Origin: Macrostomum lignano
Taxonomy: Eukaryota
Direction: 5' to 3'
Assembly (NCBI GenBank): GCA_002269645.1
Contig: NIVC01000747.1
Location: 1 to 32,175 of the forward strand
Length of the DNA: 32,175 nucleotides
Shown: one piece after another, positions 1 to 11,109 of the stretch
How the letters are laid out: each line of letters opens with the position of its first letter
How positions within the stretch are numbered: the first letter of the stretch is position 1
Translations under genes and position numbers: made by a program
The notes under the pieces: generated by a model
The model's database searches: none
What the model saw: the letters and a program-made list of their open reading frames with translations, nothing else
Told to the model about the DNA's origin: nothing

Positions 1-250
1 CCATTCAAATCTTATCCTATCTCACCATAAACCCATTCAAATCTCATCCTATCTCACCATAAACCCATTCAAATCTCATCCTATCTCACCATAAACCCAT
101 TCAAATCTCATCCATCTCACCATAAACCCATTCAAATCTCATCCTATCTCACCATAAACCCATTCAAATCTCATCCTATCTCACCATACCCATTCAATCC
201 ATCCTGATCTCACCATAAACCCATTCAATCTCATCCTATCTCACCATAGA
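1..250. repeat. 32-bp minisatellite (CCATTCAAATCTCATCCTATCTCACCATAAAC)n, truncated by the window edge
   Basis: About 7-8 tandem units visible. Confidence 0.92.
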
Positions 251-284
251 TAAGATAGGATAGATGAGATGAGAAGGGTGCTGG

Positions 285-623
285 TGATGTACCAGCGGCC
301 CAGGCTCGATTCCAAGTGCAATCACATTAATTTGGGGCTAAATTGGAATCGATTGGCTTGGCTCTGCTCGTACAATTAACACCCTTGAGGCCCAACCCCA
401 AGGCACAGTGAAGTGTACATGCCTAACGATAAATAAAGTAAGGCCCGCTGTACACTCCTGTGTGAGTGTGTGCCTGTGCGTATGACTTATGACGCTTGTG
501 TGCCTGCTCAGGGGAGTCGGCGGAATGGGCAGCAATGCCTCTCGCGCGTTGTGTGACGACAATGTCGCATAAAGTGCGCCAGGGTGCACACAGCCGCCTG
601 CCTCTGACTCTAACTAAAGTAAA
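285..623 (+). mobile_element. SINE-like interspersed repeat, copy 1
   Basis: Near-identical to the reverse complement of ~14975-15282 over ~300 bp (e.g. AAGGCACAGTGAAGTGTACATGCCTAACGATAAATAAAGT). B-box-like GGCTCGATTCC near the 5' end and an A-rich AAAGTAAAA 3' end; no TIRs seen. Confidence 0.7.
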
Positions 624-696
624 ATCAGATAACTCTATCTACGATCTCTTTATTCAACTTAAATACCTCAGCATAGTGGCCACCTCCAAGGCTCAC

Positions 697-855
697 CCGT
701 TTCACCAGAATGGTCAGGCCCAGGTATTTGAACGGCTTGGTGAAGGCCACTCGCAGATTTCGCTCAGGCGTGATGGTCATGGGCGCCACGGCCAGGTCGG
801 CTTGACCGGTGGACAAGTCGCCCACAATGCCCGTCCACCTGACCGCTCCGTTCAC
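697..855 (-). CDS. GRIN1: GluN1-like coding exon 6 (end of S1); gene continues beyond the left edge of the window
   Basis: Acceptor CGCAG|GTG, phase 0. Reads VNGAVRWTGIVGDLSTGQADLAVAPMTITPERNLRVAFTKPFKYLGLTILVKR, like GluN1 [47 protein letters not shown]. Donor CGG|GTGAGC; 159 nt. Confidence 0.95.
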
Positions 856-949
856 CTGCGTTTAGTCGGTTGCTTGCTTGGCTACTGAATACTGCTGCAA
901 GTAGCGCGCGTGTATAACTTACTAAAAATATTATTCTGACTGGAAAAGT

Positions 950-1800
950 GCAGTGATTCTTTGGAATGGCGATTCTTTGGAAGGGCAATTCTTTGGAAGG
1001 GCGATTCTTTGGAAGGGCGATTCTTTTAAAAGGGCGATTCTTTTTGGAATGGCAAATCTTTGGAAGGGCAATTCTTTTTGGAATGGCGACTCTTTGGAAT
1101 GGCGATTCTTTGGAAGGGTGATTCTTTGGAAGGGCGATTCTTTGGAATGGCGATTCTTTGGAAAGGCGATTCTTTGGAAGGGCGATTCTTCGGAATGGCG
1201 ATTCTTTGGAATGGCGATTCTTTGGAAAGGCGATTCTTTGGAAGGGCGATTCTTTGGAAGGGCGATTCTTTGGAAAGGCGATTCTTTGGAAGGGCGATTC
1301 TTTGGAAGGGCGATTCTTTGGAAGGGCGATTCTTTGGAATGGCGATTCTTTGGAAGGGCGATTCTTTGGAAGGGCGATTCTTTGGAAGGGCGATTCTTTG
1401 GAAGGGCGATTCTTTGGAATGGCGATTCTTTGGAATGGCGATTCTTTGGAAAGGCGATTCTTTGGAAGGGCGATTCTTTGGAAGGGCGATTCTTTGGAAA
1501 GGCGATTCTTTGGAAGGGCGATTCTTTGGAAGGGCGATTCTCTGGAAGGGCGATTCTTTGGAAGGGCGATTCTTTGAAGGGCGATTCTTTGGAAGGGCGA
1601 TTCTTTGGAAGGGCGATTCTTTGGAAAGGCGATTCTTTGGAAGGGCGATTCTTTGGAAGGGCGATTCTTTGGAAAGGCGATTCTTTGGAAAGGCGATTCT
1701 TTGGAAGGGCGATTCTTTGGAAGGGCGATTCTTTGGAAGGGCGATTCTTTGGAAGGGCGATTCATTGGAAGGGCGATTCTTCGGAATGGCGATTTTTTGG
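950..1800. repeat. 16-bp minisatellite (TTTGGAAGGGCGATTC)n, left arm
   Basis: Dozens of units with GGAAGGG/GGAATGG/GGAAAGG variants; source of several spurious ORFs. Confidence 0.95.
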
Positions 1801-2726
1801 ATGCTTGGAGATGCTTCTCCAGGAAATTCTGCACGTCGGTGAGAACACCTCAGTTTTCCAAGCTGAAATTTGCGCCATTGAGCAGTGTGCCCAGAAACTG
1901 CTTCAGGCGAACATTAATAACTCTAATATTAATTTCTACACTGATAGCCAAGCTGCTATTAAGGCCTTAACCACTGAGAATATCTCCGCTGCTACAGTAT
2001 CTCAATGCCACCGCAGTGTGCAATCTCTCTCAGTCCTTAACAGGATTAGAATTATCTGGACACCCGGTCACAGCAACATCCTGGGCAACGAGCTCGCGGA
2101 CTCTCTCGCCAAGGAGGGCAGCAACCCAGACGGCAAGTACCGTCTGATGAGGCTACCCACTCCCAGGTCGCAAGTCACCCGCCATATCCACAGGTGGCTC
2201 CATCAGCAGCACCAGCTCCACTGGAACAGCTGCACCGAGTACAGGCAGAGCCGCTCTGCCATGCCTAACCTGAACAGGAAAGTCTCTGATTATCTGATTT
2301 CGCTTAACAGAACCGACCTCAGGGAGATGTGCATGGTCCTAACCGGCCACGGATTCTTCCAGAGACATATATCGTTGCAAACCGGTTGCCCTCCCACCTG
2401 TCCCTTCTGTGGCATAGGAGAGGAGACCGCGGAGCATCACGTCACCTTCTGCCCTTACTTCAACAAGGCGCGGCACAAATACCTCGGCCACCCCCAGCGG
2501 ATGGACGAGCTGACCACCCGGACAATATCCGTGACCTTCGCGCCTTCGTCCGGGACTCCGGCCGGATGAGAGTCGCTGATGTCTCCACTGTGAACCTGCC
2601 GACTACTGGCGGGGACCAGGTGCACCCCAAGGTTAATCCTTGTGCTCTTTTACCTTGGGGTTGCGATAGGGGCCTCGCGGCCTATTCGCGGCGCCTGCGC
2701 CCCCCGTCAGTAGTAAGTAAGTAAGT
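1801..2726 (+). mobile_element. 5'-truncated non-LTR retrotransposon (I-group, LOA/R1/Tad/I-like): RNase H C-terminal half, CCHC finger, 3' UTR and (TAAG)n tail
   Basis: RNase H motifs [18 protein letters not shown] and [19 protein letters not shown], then LTGH and CPFC-x8-H-x4-C. Probable 1-nt frameshift near 2518. Ends in GTAG(TAAG)3 at ~2710-2725 and is flanked on both sides by the same 16-bp minisatellite. The clade call is from motif recall. Confidence 0.88.
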
Positions 2727-3091
2727 TGGAATGGCGATTCTTTGGAATGGCGATTCTTTCGAATGGCGATTCTTTGGAATGGCGATTCTTTCGAATGGCG
2801 ATTCTTTGGAATGGCGATTCTTTGGAAGGGCGATTCTTTGGAAGGGCGATTCCTTGGAAGGGCGATTCTTTGAAAGGGCGATTCTTTGGAATGGCGATTC
2901 TTTGGAATGGCGATTCTTTCGAATGGCGATTCTTTGGAATGGCGATTCTTTCGAATGGCGATTCTTTGGAATGGCGATTCTTTGGAAGGGCGATTCTTTG
3001 GAAGGGCGATTCCTTGGAAGGGCGATTCTTTGAAAGGGCGATTCTTTGGAATGGCGATTCTTTGGAAGGGCGATTCTTTGGAAGGGCGATG
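2727..3091. repeat. 16-bp minisatellite, right arm (with a 160-bp higher-order duplication)
   Basis: Same unit as 950-1800. The variant pattern recurs at 2726 and 2886. Ends 9 nt from the NR1 exon 5 donor. Confidence 0.95.
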
Positions 3092-3099
3092 CCACTCAC

Positions 3100-3224
3100 G
3101 GTCTCCTTATTGCCAATGGTGCCGTCTGACACCAGATACAGATTGTAGTTGAACGGTGTGGAATTGGCGAGCCTCCGCAGCAGGTCGATGCAGTATCCGA
3201 AGCAGCAGTACTCGTAGACTTTGC
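3100..3224 (-). CDS. GRIN1: GluN1-like coding exon 5 (S1), not shown as a separate ORF in the track
   Basis: Translated by hand. Acceptor TTCCAG|GC (phase 1, matching the exon 4 donor). Reads GKVYEYCCFGYCIDLLRRLANSTPFNYNLYLVSDGTIGNKET, like GluN1 [36 protein letters not shown]. Donor ACC|GTGAGT, phase 0; 125 nt. Confidence 0.93.
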
Positions 3225-3361
3225 CTGGAACATTCGTAGCGGGATTGGGAAAGCGGATGAAGCAGAATTGAAACTGGGATCTTTACTTTACTGGTACATG
3301 ATGTAGCAGTCTTTTAGATTAAACATTCATTTTTAAGCGTTAAGGTTAAAAGTTTATATGT

Positions 3362-3560
3362 AAGGTTGGGTGTAGGATTGGGTGTAGGGTTGGGTGTAGG
3401 GTTGGGTGTAGGGTTGAGTGTAGGGTTGGGTGTAGGGTTGAGTGTAGGGTTGGGTGTAAGGTTGAGTGTAGGGTTGAGTGTAGGGTTGGGTGCAGGGTTG
3501 AGTGTAAGGTTGAGTGTAGGGTTGGATGCAGGGTTAAGTGCAGGGTTGAGTGTAGAATAG
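3362..3560. repeat. 12-bp G-rich repeat (GGGTTG[G/A]GTGTA)n
   Basis: About 15 units; GGG runs on the + strand. Confidence 0.9.
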
Positions 3561-4711
3561 GCGGTAGGGAAGGATGTAGGGAAAGGTGTTAAATATGGGG
3601 TGTAGGGTACAGGTAATTATACGAGTGTACGCCCGTACATTTACAGTGGGTGCAAATAAAATTACTGCAAGAGAATTATCTTCCAGGTTAATAACTCTAA
3701 GCTAGTTTATGCAGCAACTACAAGTATTACTAACAGTAGCCTCGTATAATGTAAATACAAATAATATAGAATATTAGATTTCAGGCCAAGTTGCGTAAAT
3801 TGACCTTGAATTGCTCAATCAACCATTGAGGCAACTTTCTCTCGCATCCGGGGTAGAGGGTGGGGGTTGGGCCGCGGGCAGTGCCCAGGCGAATGCGTGA
3901 CGCGACCGATGACAGGCTCTCAGGCGTGCAGCATTAGTCATGGCAGACAGATAGAGCAGCAGTGGCCCCTCCCTCGCTGGTCAGATTAACGGCACCGAAC
4001 TGGATGAAGGGGAGAGGCTGGTTTGGCCGAACTCGGGGCAGACATTATGCAGCCCAAGCTGCAGAATTCTTCTTCTTCAAGCCTTTCAAATCCCCAGAAA
4101 CCGGATGCCCCATCTATATAAGCTTGGCAGGCAGGAAAATGTATTTACTAGTAGGGGAAAAAGGGGAAATGGCCGGAGCCCAAAACAGAAACCTGACAGA
4201 GAATCCGAGAGAGAGGCTGGAAGGCCTCCTCTGCTTTCTGCTTCACCTGCCAATTATAAAACTGCTTCAGAATGCAGCATGCAGAATCGCAAACGCAATC
4301 TCCGCTCCATCTCTCCCTCTAAATATATCGCCGTTGGAAGCTGCATGGGATTTTGAAGGGCCAGGCGTAGCTGAGGTAGCGGAGAGATAAGCAGGGCTTC
4401 GGGATGGATTGATTGCAATTGCGGCGGCACCTCTTTGCGGCCTTGCAATTGGGAAAAGATAGAGAGACTGGGGGCGATGGGGGATCGAATACATTACACG
4501 CGAGCAAGATTAATATTGCAAACTGAATTCATACGCGGAAACCTGCCAGATCGACTGCCGGTAGGCCAACTTTGAACGAAGAGGAACTACGAAGATTGGA
4601 TGGATACAGAGTTATTGCAGGCGAATGCAATGTATTGTAGAAATCTAACCAGCATTATGAGAGCTGGGTTGGTTTGTTGGTACACTGGTAGTTTAAGGTA
4701 GGTGAATAGTC

Positions 4712-5255
4712 GATAGATAGTAGATAGATAGCGAATAGATAGATAGTAGATAGTAGATAGATAGATAGTAGATAGATAGATAGTAGATAGAAGGATAGAT
4801 AATAGATAGATAGATAGCGAATAGATACATAGTAGACGAATAGATATATCTAGAGATGGATTTGAGATAGAAGACAGATCTCAAATACTATATAGTTTGC
4901 GAGATAGAAGATAGATGCAAGATAGGAGATATATGTGAGATAGGAGATAGGTGTGAGATAGGAGATGGGAGATAGATGTGAGATAGGAGATAGGTGTGAG
5001 ATAGGAGATAGATGTGAGATGGGAGATAGATATGAGATGGGAGATAGATTTGAGATAGGAGATAGGTGTGAGATAGGAGATAGGTGTGAGATGGGAGATA
5101 GATGTGAGATAGGAGATAGGTATGAGATAGGAGATAGATGTGAGATAGGAGATAGATGTGAGTTAGGAGATAGGAGATAGGTATGAGATAGGAGATAGGT
5201 ATGAGATAGGAGAGAGGTGTGAGATAGGAGATAGGTGTGAGATAGAGATAGATAG
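4712..5255. repeat. Degenerate (GATA)n tract grading into an 18-bp repeat (GAGATAGGAGATAG[A/G]TGT)n
   Basis: GATA-rich at ~4712-4860; 18-bp units at ~4900-5255. Confidence 0.88.
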
Positions 5256-5839
5256 ATTCGGGAAATGGCTAGGCAGTGCAATAGCAGAACCAAATGAAAC
5301 ACATGAATCGGATCTAGCAGACATAAAGGCTAGTACAGCACAAATAACAAAAAGAGTTATAAAGTGAGATTAAAGCAGCGAGTGAGTCTATAGGAGTATA
5401 TGTCTGCGTGCACTAAAGCCTATCTGCGGCTGGTTAGTAGCCCTTCTCAGCTCTGCTGGCAATAAATGGCCAATTTTATGGGTCGGCATGATGCAGCCCC
5501 TCTCGGCTAAACAAGCACTTGCTGGTGCGCCGTCGCCAATAAAAAACTTAATATTTATGTCTGTTTATTAGTCTGTGCCAGCCGCAACAGACATTTTCCG
5601 GACATCGGGGCGGCATCAGAGTTTCTGTCAGACTTTAGCTTGTCAGAAACCACACTATGCTTGTTACCCGTCAGTTGATCAGTAGAGCGAGATAAGCATG
5701 CAGTATTAGAGGGTGGAGACAAACTACTGGATTGAAAGATTAGATGTCTTAGTAGATGGCTGAGAAATCCCTAAGGAATTGAGAGGCTTGGGTAGAGTGG
5801 AGACAGAGGGAGAGAAGGAGATTGGAAGGAGAGAGAGAG

Positions 5840-6560
5840 GGCAAGACAGAGGGGTTTGACAGAGAGGGGTGAGAGAGAGGGTGAGACAGAGGGGTGAAAC
5901 AGAGGGGTGAGACAAAGAGGAGTGAGAGAGAGGGGTGAGACAGAGGGGTGAGAGAGAGGGATAAGAGAGAGGGATGAGAGAGAGGGGTGAGACAGAGGGG
6001 TGAGACAGAGGGTTGAGACAGAGGGGTGAGACAGAGGGTTGAGACAGAGGGGTGAGACAGAGGGGTGAGACAGAGGGGTGAGACAGAGGGTTGAGACAGA
6101 GGGGTGAGACAGAGGGGTGAGACAGAGGGGTGAGACAAAGAGGAGTGAGAGAGAGGGGTGAGACAGAGGGGTGAAAGAGAGGGATAAGAGAGAGGGATGA
6201 GAGATAGGGGTGAGACAGAGGGGTGAGACAGAGGGTTGAGACAGAGGGGTGAGACAGAGGGGTGAGACAGAGGGTTGAGACAGAGGGGTGAGACAGAGGG
6301 TTGAGACAGAGGGGTGAGACAGAGGGTTGAGACAGAGGGTTGAGACAGAGGGTTGAGACAGAGGGGTGAGACAGAGGGTTGAGACAGAGGGGTGAGACAG
6401 AGGGGTGAGACAGAGGGTTGAGACAGAGGGTGAGACAGAGGGGTGAGACAGAGGGGTGAGACAGAGGGTTGAGACAGAGGGTGAGACAGAGGGGTGAGAC
6501 AGAGGGGTGAGACAGAGAGGGGTGAGAAAGAGGGGTGAGACAGAGGGGTGAGACAGAGAC
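5840..6560. repeat. 13-bp (variant 12-bp) minisatellite (GACAGAGGGGTGA)n
   Basis: Direct inspection; many units. Confidence 0.92.
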
Positions 6561-7179
6561 AGTGAGAGAGCTCAATGCGTGGACAGTGAAACACCAGGCA
6601 GCAGCAGGCAGAATCATATGGGAAACCGGGCAGAGGCAAGCAAATTCCAGCTTAAAAAACTTTGCTGTTTGCCTCTAGCAGCAATTTGTCAGTCGCGGGA
6701 ATCATAAAGATGAATTTCGGAGATTCCACACAGGCCAGCGCAGCAGAAGCGGCACTGTATACGGCGGATAGACAAAAAAGCTTGAAGCAAAAACGATAGC
6801 AAGAATCCGAAAAACGATGCATCAAAGCCTCTCGCGGGACTGACAGGCCTAGGGATCAGGCCCGTCCGGAGCGGGACCGTTTGTTGCTTCAAGCCCGAGC
6901 GTCAAGTCCCGACGTTCAAGCCTCCCGCCCCCCCCCCCGCACCGTGGGAGCCGCGATGAAAGCTTTCGGCACAGTGCAGAAAAACGCATTGCCGATGCGC
7001 CATCTACGGCATGCCTTCCGGTCTGCGGCACGTATTGTGTTTTCTTGCCAATTGAATTAGAAGTTTAACAAAGCAAATATGGAAAGTTTTTTCGCATTGA
7101 AAAAGTTTGTTGATACGGGCACAGAGAGAAGAACAGAGGGAAAGAGGCAAGAAATTCATTAAGAGGTGAAAATTATAGA

Positions 7180-7791
7180 TATAAAAAGGAAGAGTGCGAG
7201 GGAGAGACAGGTGAGAATGAGAGAGGTGGTGTGAGTGGAAGATAGAAAGAGAGGGAGAGAGGTAGACAGGGAGAGAGGGAGAGGGAGAGGGCGTGAAAGG
7301 GAGAGGGGTAAGAAATGAAAAGGGTGAGAGGAGTGAGAGGGAGAGGGAGAGGGAGAGGGAGAGGGAGAGGGAGAGGGAGAGGGAGAGGGAGAGGGAGAGG
7401 AGAGGAGATGGAGAGTGAGAGTGGGAGGGAGAGGGAGAGGGAGTTGTATAAATGAGATGAAAAGTGAGAGCGAGAATGAGTGTGAGATAGAGAGTGAATG
7501 TGAGGAAGGAGAGTGAGAGGGAAAAGGAGAGAGAGAGTGAGGGTGAGAGTGAGAAGTGACAGGAAGAGAGAGTTAAGAGTGAGAGTGAGAGGGGAGGGAT
7601 AATAAGAGGGAGAGGGGTAGTAAGAGGGAGAGGAGGAGGGAGAGGGACAGGGAGGGGAAGAGGGAGAGGGAGAGGGAGAGGGGAGGGATAATAAGAGGGA
7701 GAGGGGTAGTAAGAGGGAGAGGGTAGTAAGAGGGAGGAGGAGGGAGAGGGAGAGGGAGAGGAAGAGGGAGAGGGAGAGGGAGAGGGAGAGG

Positions 7792-7832
<41 letters not shown>

Positions 7833-8010
7833 GGAGAGGGAGAAGGAGAGGGAGAGGGAGAGGGAGAGGGAGAGTGAGAGGGAGAGGAGAGGAGAGGGAG
7901 AGGAGAGGGAGAGGTAGAGGGAGAGGGAGAGGGAGAGGGAGTGGAGAGGGAGAGGGAGAGTGAGAGTGAGAGGGAGAGTGAGAGTGAGAGTGAGAGGTAG
8001 AAGGAGAGCA
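7180..8010 (+). repeat. Purine-rich (GAGAGG/GAGAGT)n array, left arm of foldback
   Basis: Hexamer array with embedded motifs GAGTTGTATAAATGAGATGAA (7441) and TAGTAAGAGGG. Confidence 0.88.
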
Positions 8011-8634
8011 TATGACTATCCCTCACCCTCTGAGAGTGGGAAGTTAGAAGCGAGCCGTCCATACAGACCGGGAGATATGTGGCGTTGATCCCTCAAACGA
8101 AAACCGCAGTTTGGATGGCATATTATTCACTCAACACTTGCACCTTGGCTCCCAATGGGAAGTTGGATCGCAGTGAAGGGTCAGATCGACAGTTCCGATA
8201 ACCTCAATTTGGTAGCAGCGTCACCGCTTGCACAGTTGCAGCTCCTCAGTTACACAAAATTAATTTTTGTCCTTATCGTTCAACCGAATCATCGGGTTTA
8301 CTGCCGGCACTAAACTGCTGCGCAAATCTCTGCGCGGACAGCTGCATCCGGGTCTGAAAGCTGTAAAATTTCTGGCTTTAACCATCTCTCTCTCCCTCTC
8401 TCTCATGGTCAGGTGTGCCCAGCTCATTACCTGCAGAAAAACAAACCAGTTAAAATACGTGTAAAATTTTCGATGATCTGTTTGGCAAGATTAGCGCACA
8501 GTTTACTGCATCATTTTTGCCGGAGCTTTTACCCGCTGCTGCATAGCGTTATTTTTTACAGGGGCTTTGGGCTCTTTATGTGTTGGGCTCTTGCACCGGC
8601 TGTGGCCGCTTCTTAAGCCCCGCTCCATTTACGC

Positions 8635-8803
8635 CCTCTCCATCTACCTCTCCCTCTCCCTCTCCCTCTCCCTCTCCCTCTCCCTCTCCCTCTTCCTCTC
8701 CCTCTCCCTCTTCCTCTCCTTCTCCCTCTCCCTCTCACTCTCCCTCTCCCTCTCCCTCTCCCTCTCCCTCTCACTCTCCCTCTCCCTCTCCCTCTCCCTC
8801 TCC

Positions 8804-8838
<35 letters not shown>

Positions 8839-8869
8839 CCTCTCCCTCTCCCTCTCCCTCTCCCTCTCC

Positions 8870-8904
<35 letters not shown>

Positions 8905-8911
8905 CCTCTCC

Positions 8912-8946
<35 letters not shown>

Positions 8947-8995
8947 CCTCTCCCTTTCCCTCTTACTATCCCTCTCCATCTCACTCTCACTCGCC

Positions 8996-9036
<41 letters not shown>

Positions 9037-9067
9037 CCTCTCCCTCTCACTCTCACTCTCCCTTTCC

Positions 9068-9108
<41 letters not shown>

Positions 9109-9425
9109 CCTTTCCCTCTCACTCTCACTCTCACTATCACTCTCCCTCTCACCCTCATTCTCCCTCTCCCTCTTACTATCCCTCTCCATCTCACTCTCAC
9201 TCGCCCTCTCACTCTCACTCTCATTCAATCCCACTCTCCCTCTCCCTCTCACTCTCCCTCTCACTCTCACTCTCACTCGCCCTCTCACTCTCACCCTCAC
9301 TCTCTCATTCACTCTCACTCTCACTCTAATTCTCACTCTCCCTTCCCCTCTCCCTCTCTCTCTCTCCCTTTCCCTCTCTCTCCCTTTCCCTCTTACTATC
9401 CCTCTCCATCTCACTCTCACTCGCC

Positions 9426-9466
<41 letters not shown>

Positions 9467-9497
9467 CCTCTCCCTCTCACTCTCACTCTCCCTTTCC

Positions 9498-9538
<41 letters not shown>

Positions 9539-9950
9539 CCTTTCCCTCTCACTCTCACTCTCACTATCACTCTCCCTCTCACCCTCATTCTCCCTCTCCC
9601 TCTTACTATCCCTCTCCATCTCACTCTCACTCGCCCTCTCACTCTCACTCTCATTCAATCCCACTCTCCCTCTCCCTCTCACTCTCCCTCTCACTCTCAC
9701 TCTCACTCGCCCTCTCACTCTCACCCTCACTCTCTCATTCACTCTCACTCTCACTCTAATTCTCACTCTCCCTTCCCCTCTCCCTCTCTCTCTCTCCCTT
9801 TCCCTCTCTCTCTCTTTCCCTCTCACATTCCCATTCACCTTCCATTTCACCCATTATCGCTCTCACTCTTCATCTCATTTATACAACTCACTCTCCATCT
9901 CACTCTCCCTCTCACTCTTACCTCTCACTCTCACTCTACTTCTCACTCTC
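8635..9950 (-). repeat. Pyrimidine-rich (CTCTCC/CTCTCA)n array, right arm of foldback, with a ~430-bp internal duplication
   Basis: Reverse complement of the 7180-8010 units and motifs. TCATTCAATCCCACTCTCCC occurs at 9221 and 9651. Confidence 0.88.
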
Positions 9951-10656
9951 AGTCTATCTGATTTTTCACAGCGGAAAATATCAGCCCATATAAATTAGGA
10001 AGCAATGACGCAGCCAAAATAAATTCTGCAGCAGAGGCAGCTCATTTTACAGGGCAGACGACAGACAGACAACCCCCATTCACTGGGAGGAGAATATATA
10101 AATTATTTTCTCTGTTTTCTAACACTGAAACCAACAAAGGCGCCGACACGCACGAGACGGGCTTAATAGATACAATGGGAGATTTGAGCAGGAAGATTGA
10201 GCACCTTCCCCTACCACCGGCCGCATTCTCAGTAGAAGAGATTCCAATATAACAGAATCAATGTCGGTATTCTCTGAAGTTGGTCCCACTGTCGCTGCCT
10301 CACATACGGTATGCTAAGCAGGCTGACCGGACAGTCAGCAATTAATCTGGCAGGGGGTCGTGTTTTATTGAGGCCGCGCCGGCCCACGGCCGGGGGCGCT
10401 GGGGCGGGGAGATCAGAGTCGGGTAGCCGTCTGTTTGCTGCGGTCAGACTGGGGGAATCCTGGAGGAGCCGGCCAGATAATGCAAGACGGGACAGTCAAA
10501 ACAGACAGGGAAACTGCGCGTGGAGGCCGGCTTTTGGGAGGACTGGCTGGGCTGTTAAACATTCCGGATTCCAGTATTCCTATTAGCGATGCAGGCGGGA
10601 GTGGCTGGTTAGACTGATACTATATCAGACAGATACCGTATGCCACTGGGACTGGG

Positions 10657-11109
<453 letters not shown>

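Noticed and set aside
285-330. tRNA gene
   Set aside because: Only a B-box-like motif is present, with no cloverleaf or A-box; treated as a SINE head.
953-2569. 538-aa ORF as a novel repeat-domain/RNase H fusion protein
   Set aside because: The N-terminal two-thirds is the 16-bp minisatellite read through by chance. It is open in several frames and on both strands, starts without a true ATG context, and lies antisense in an NR1 intron.
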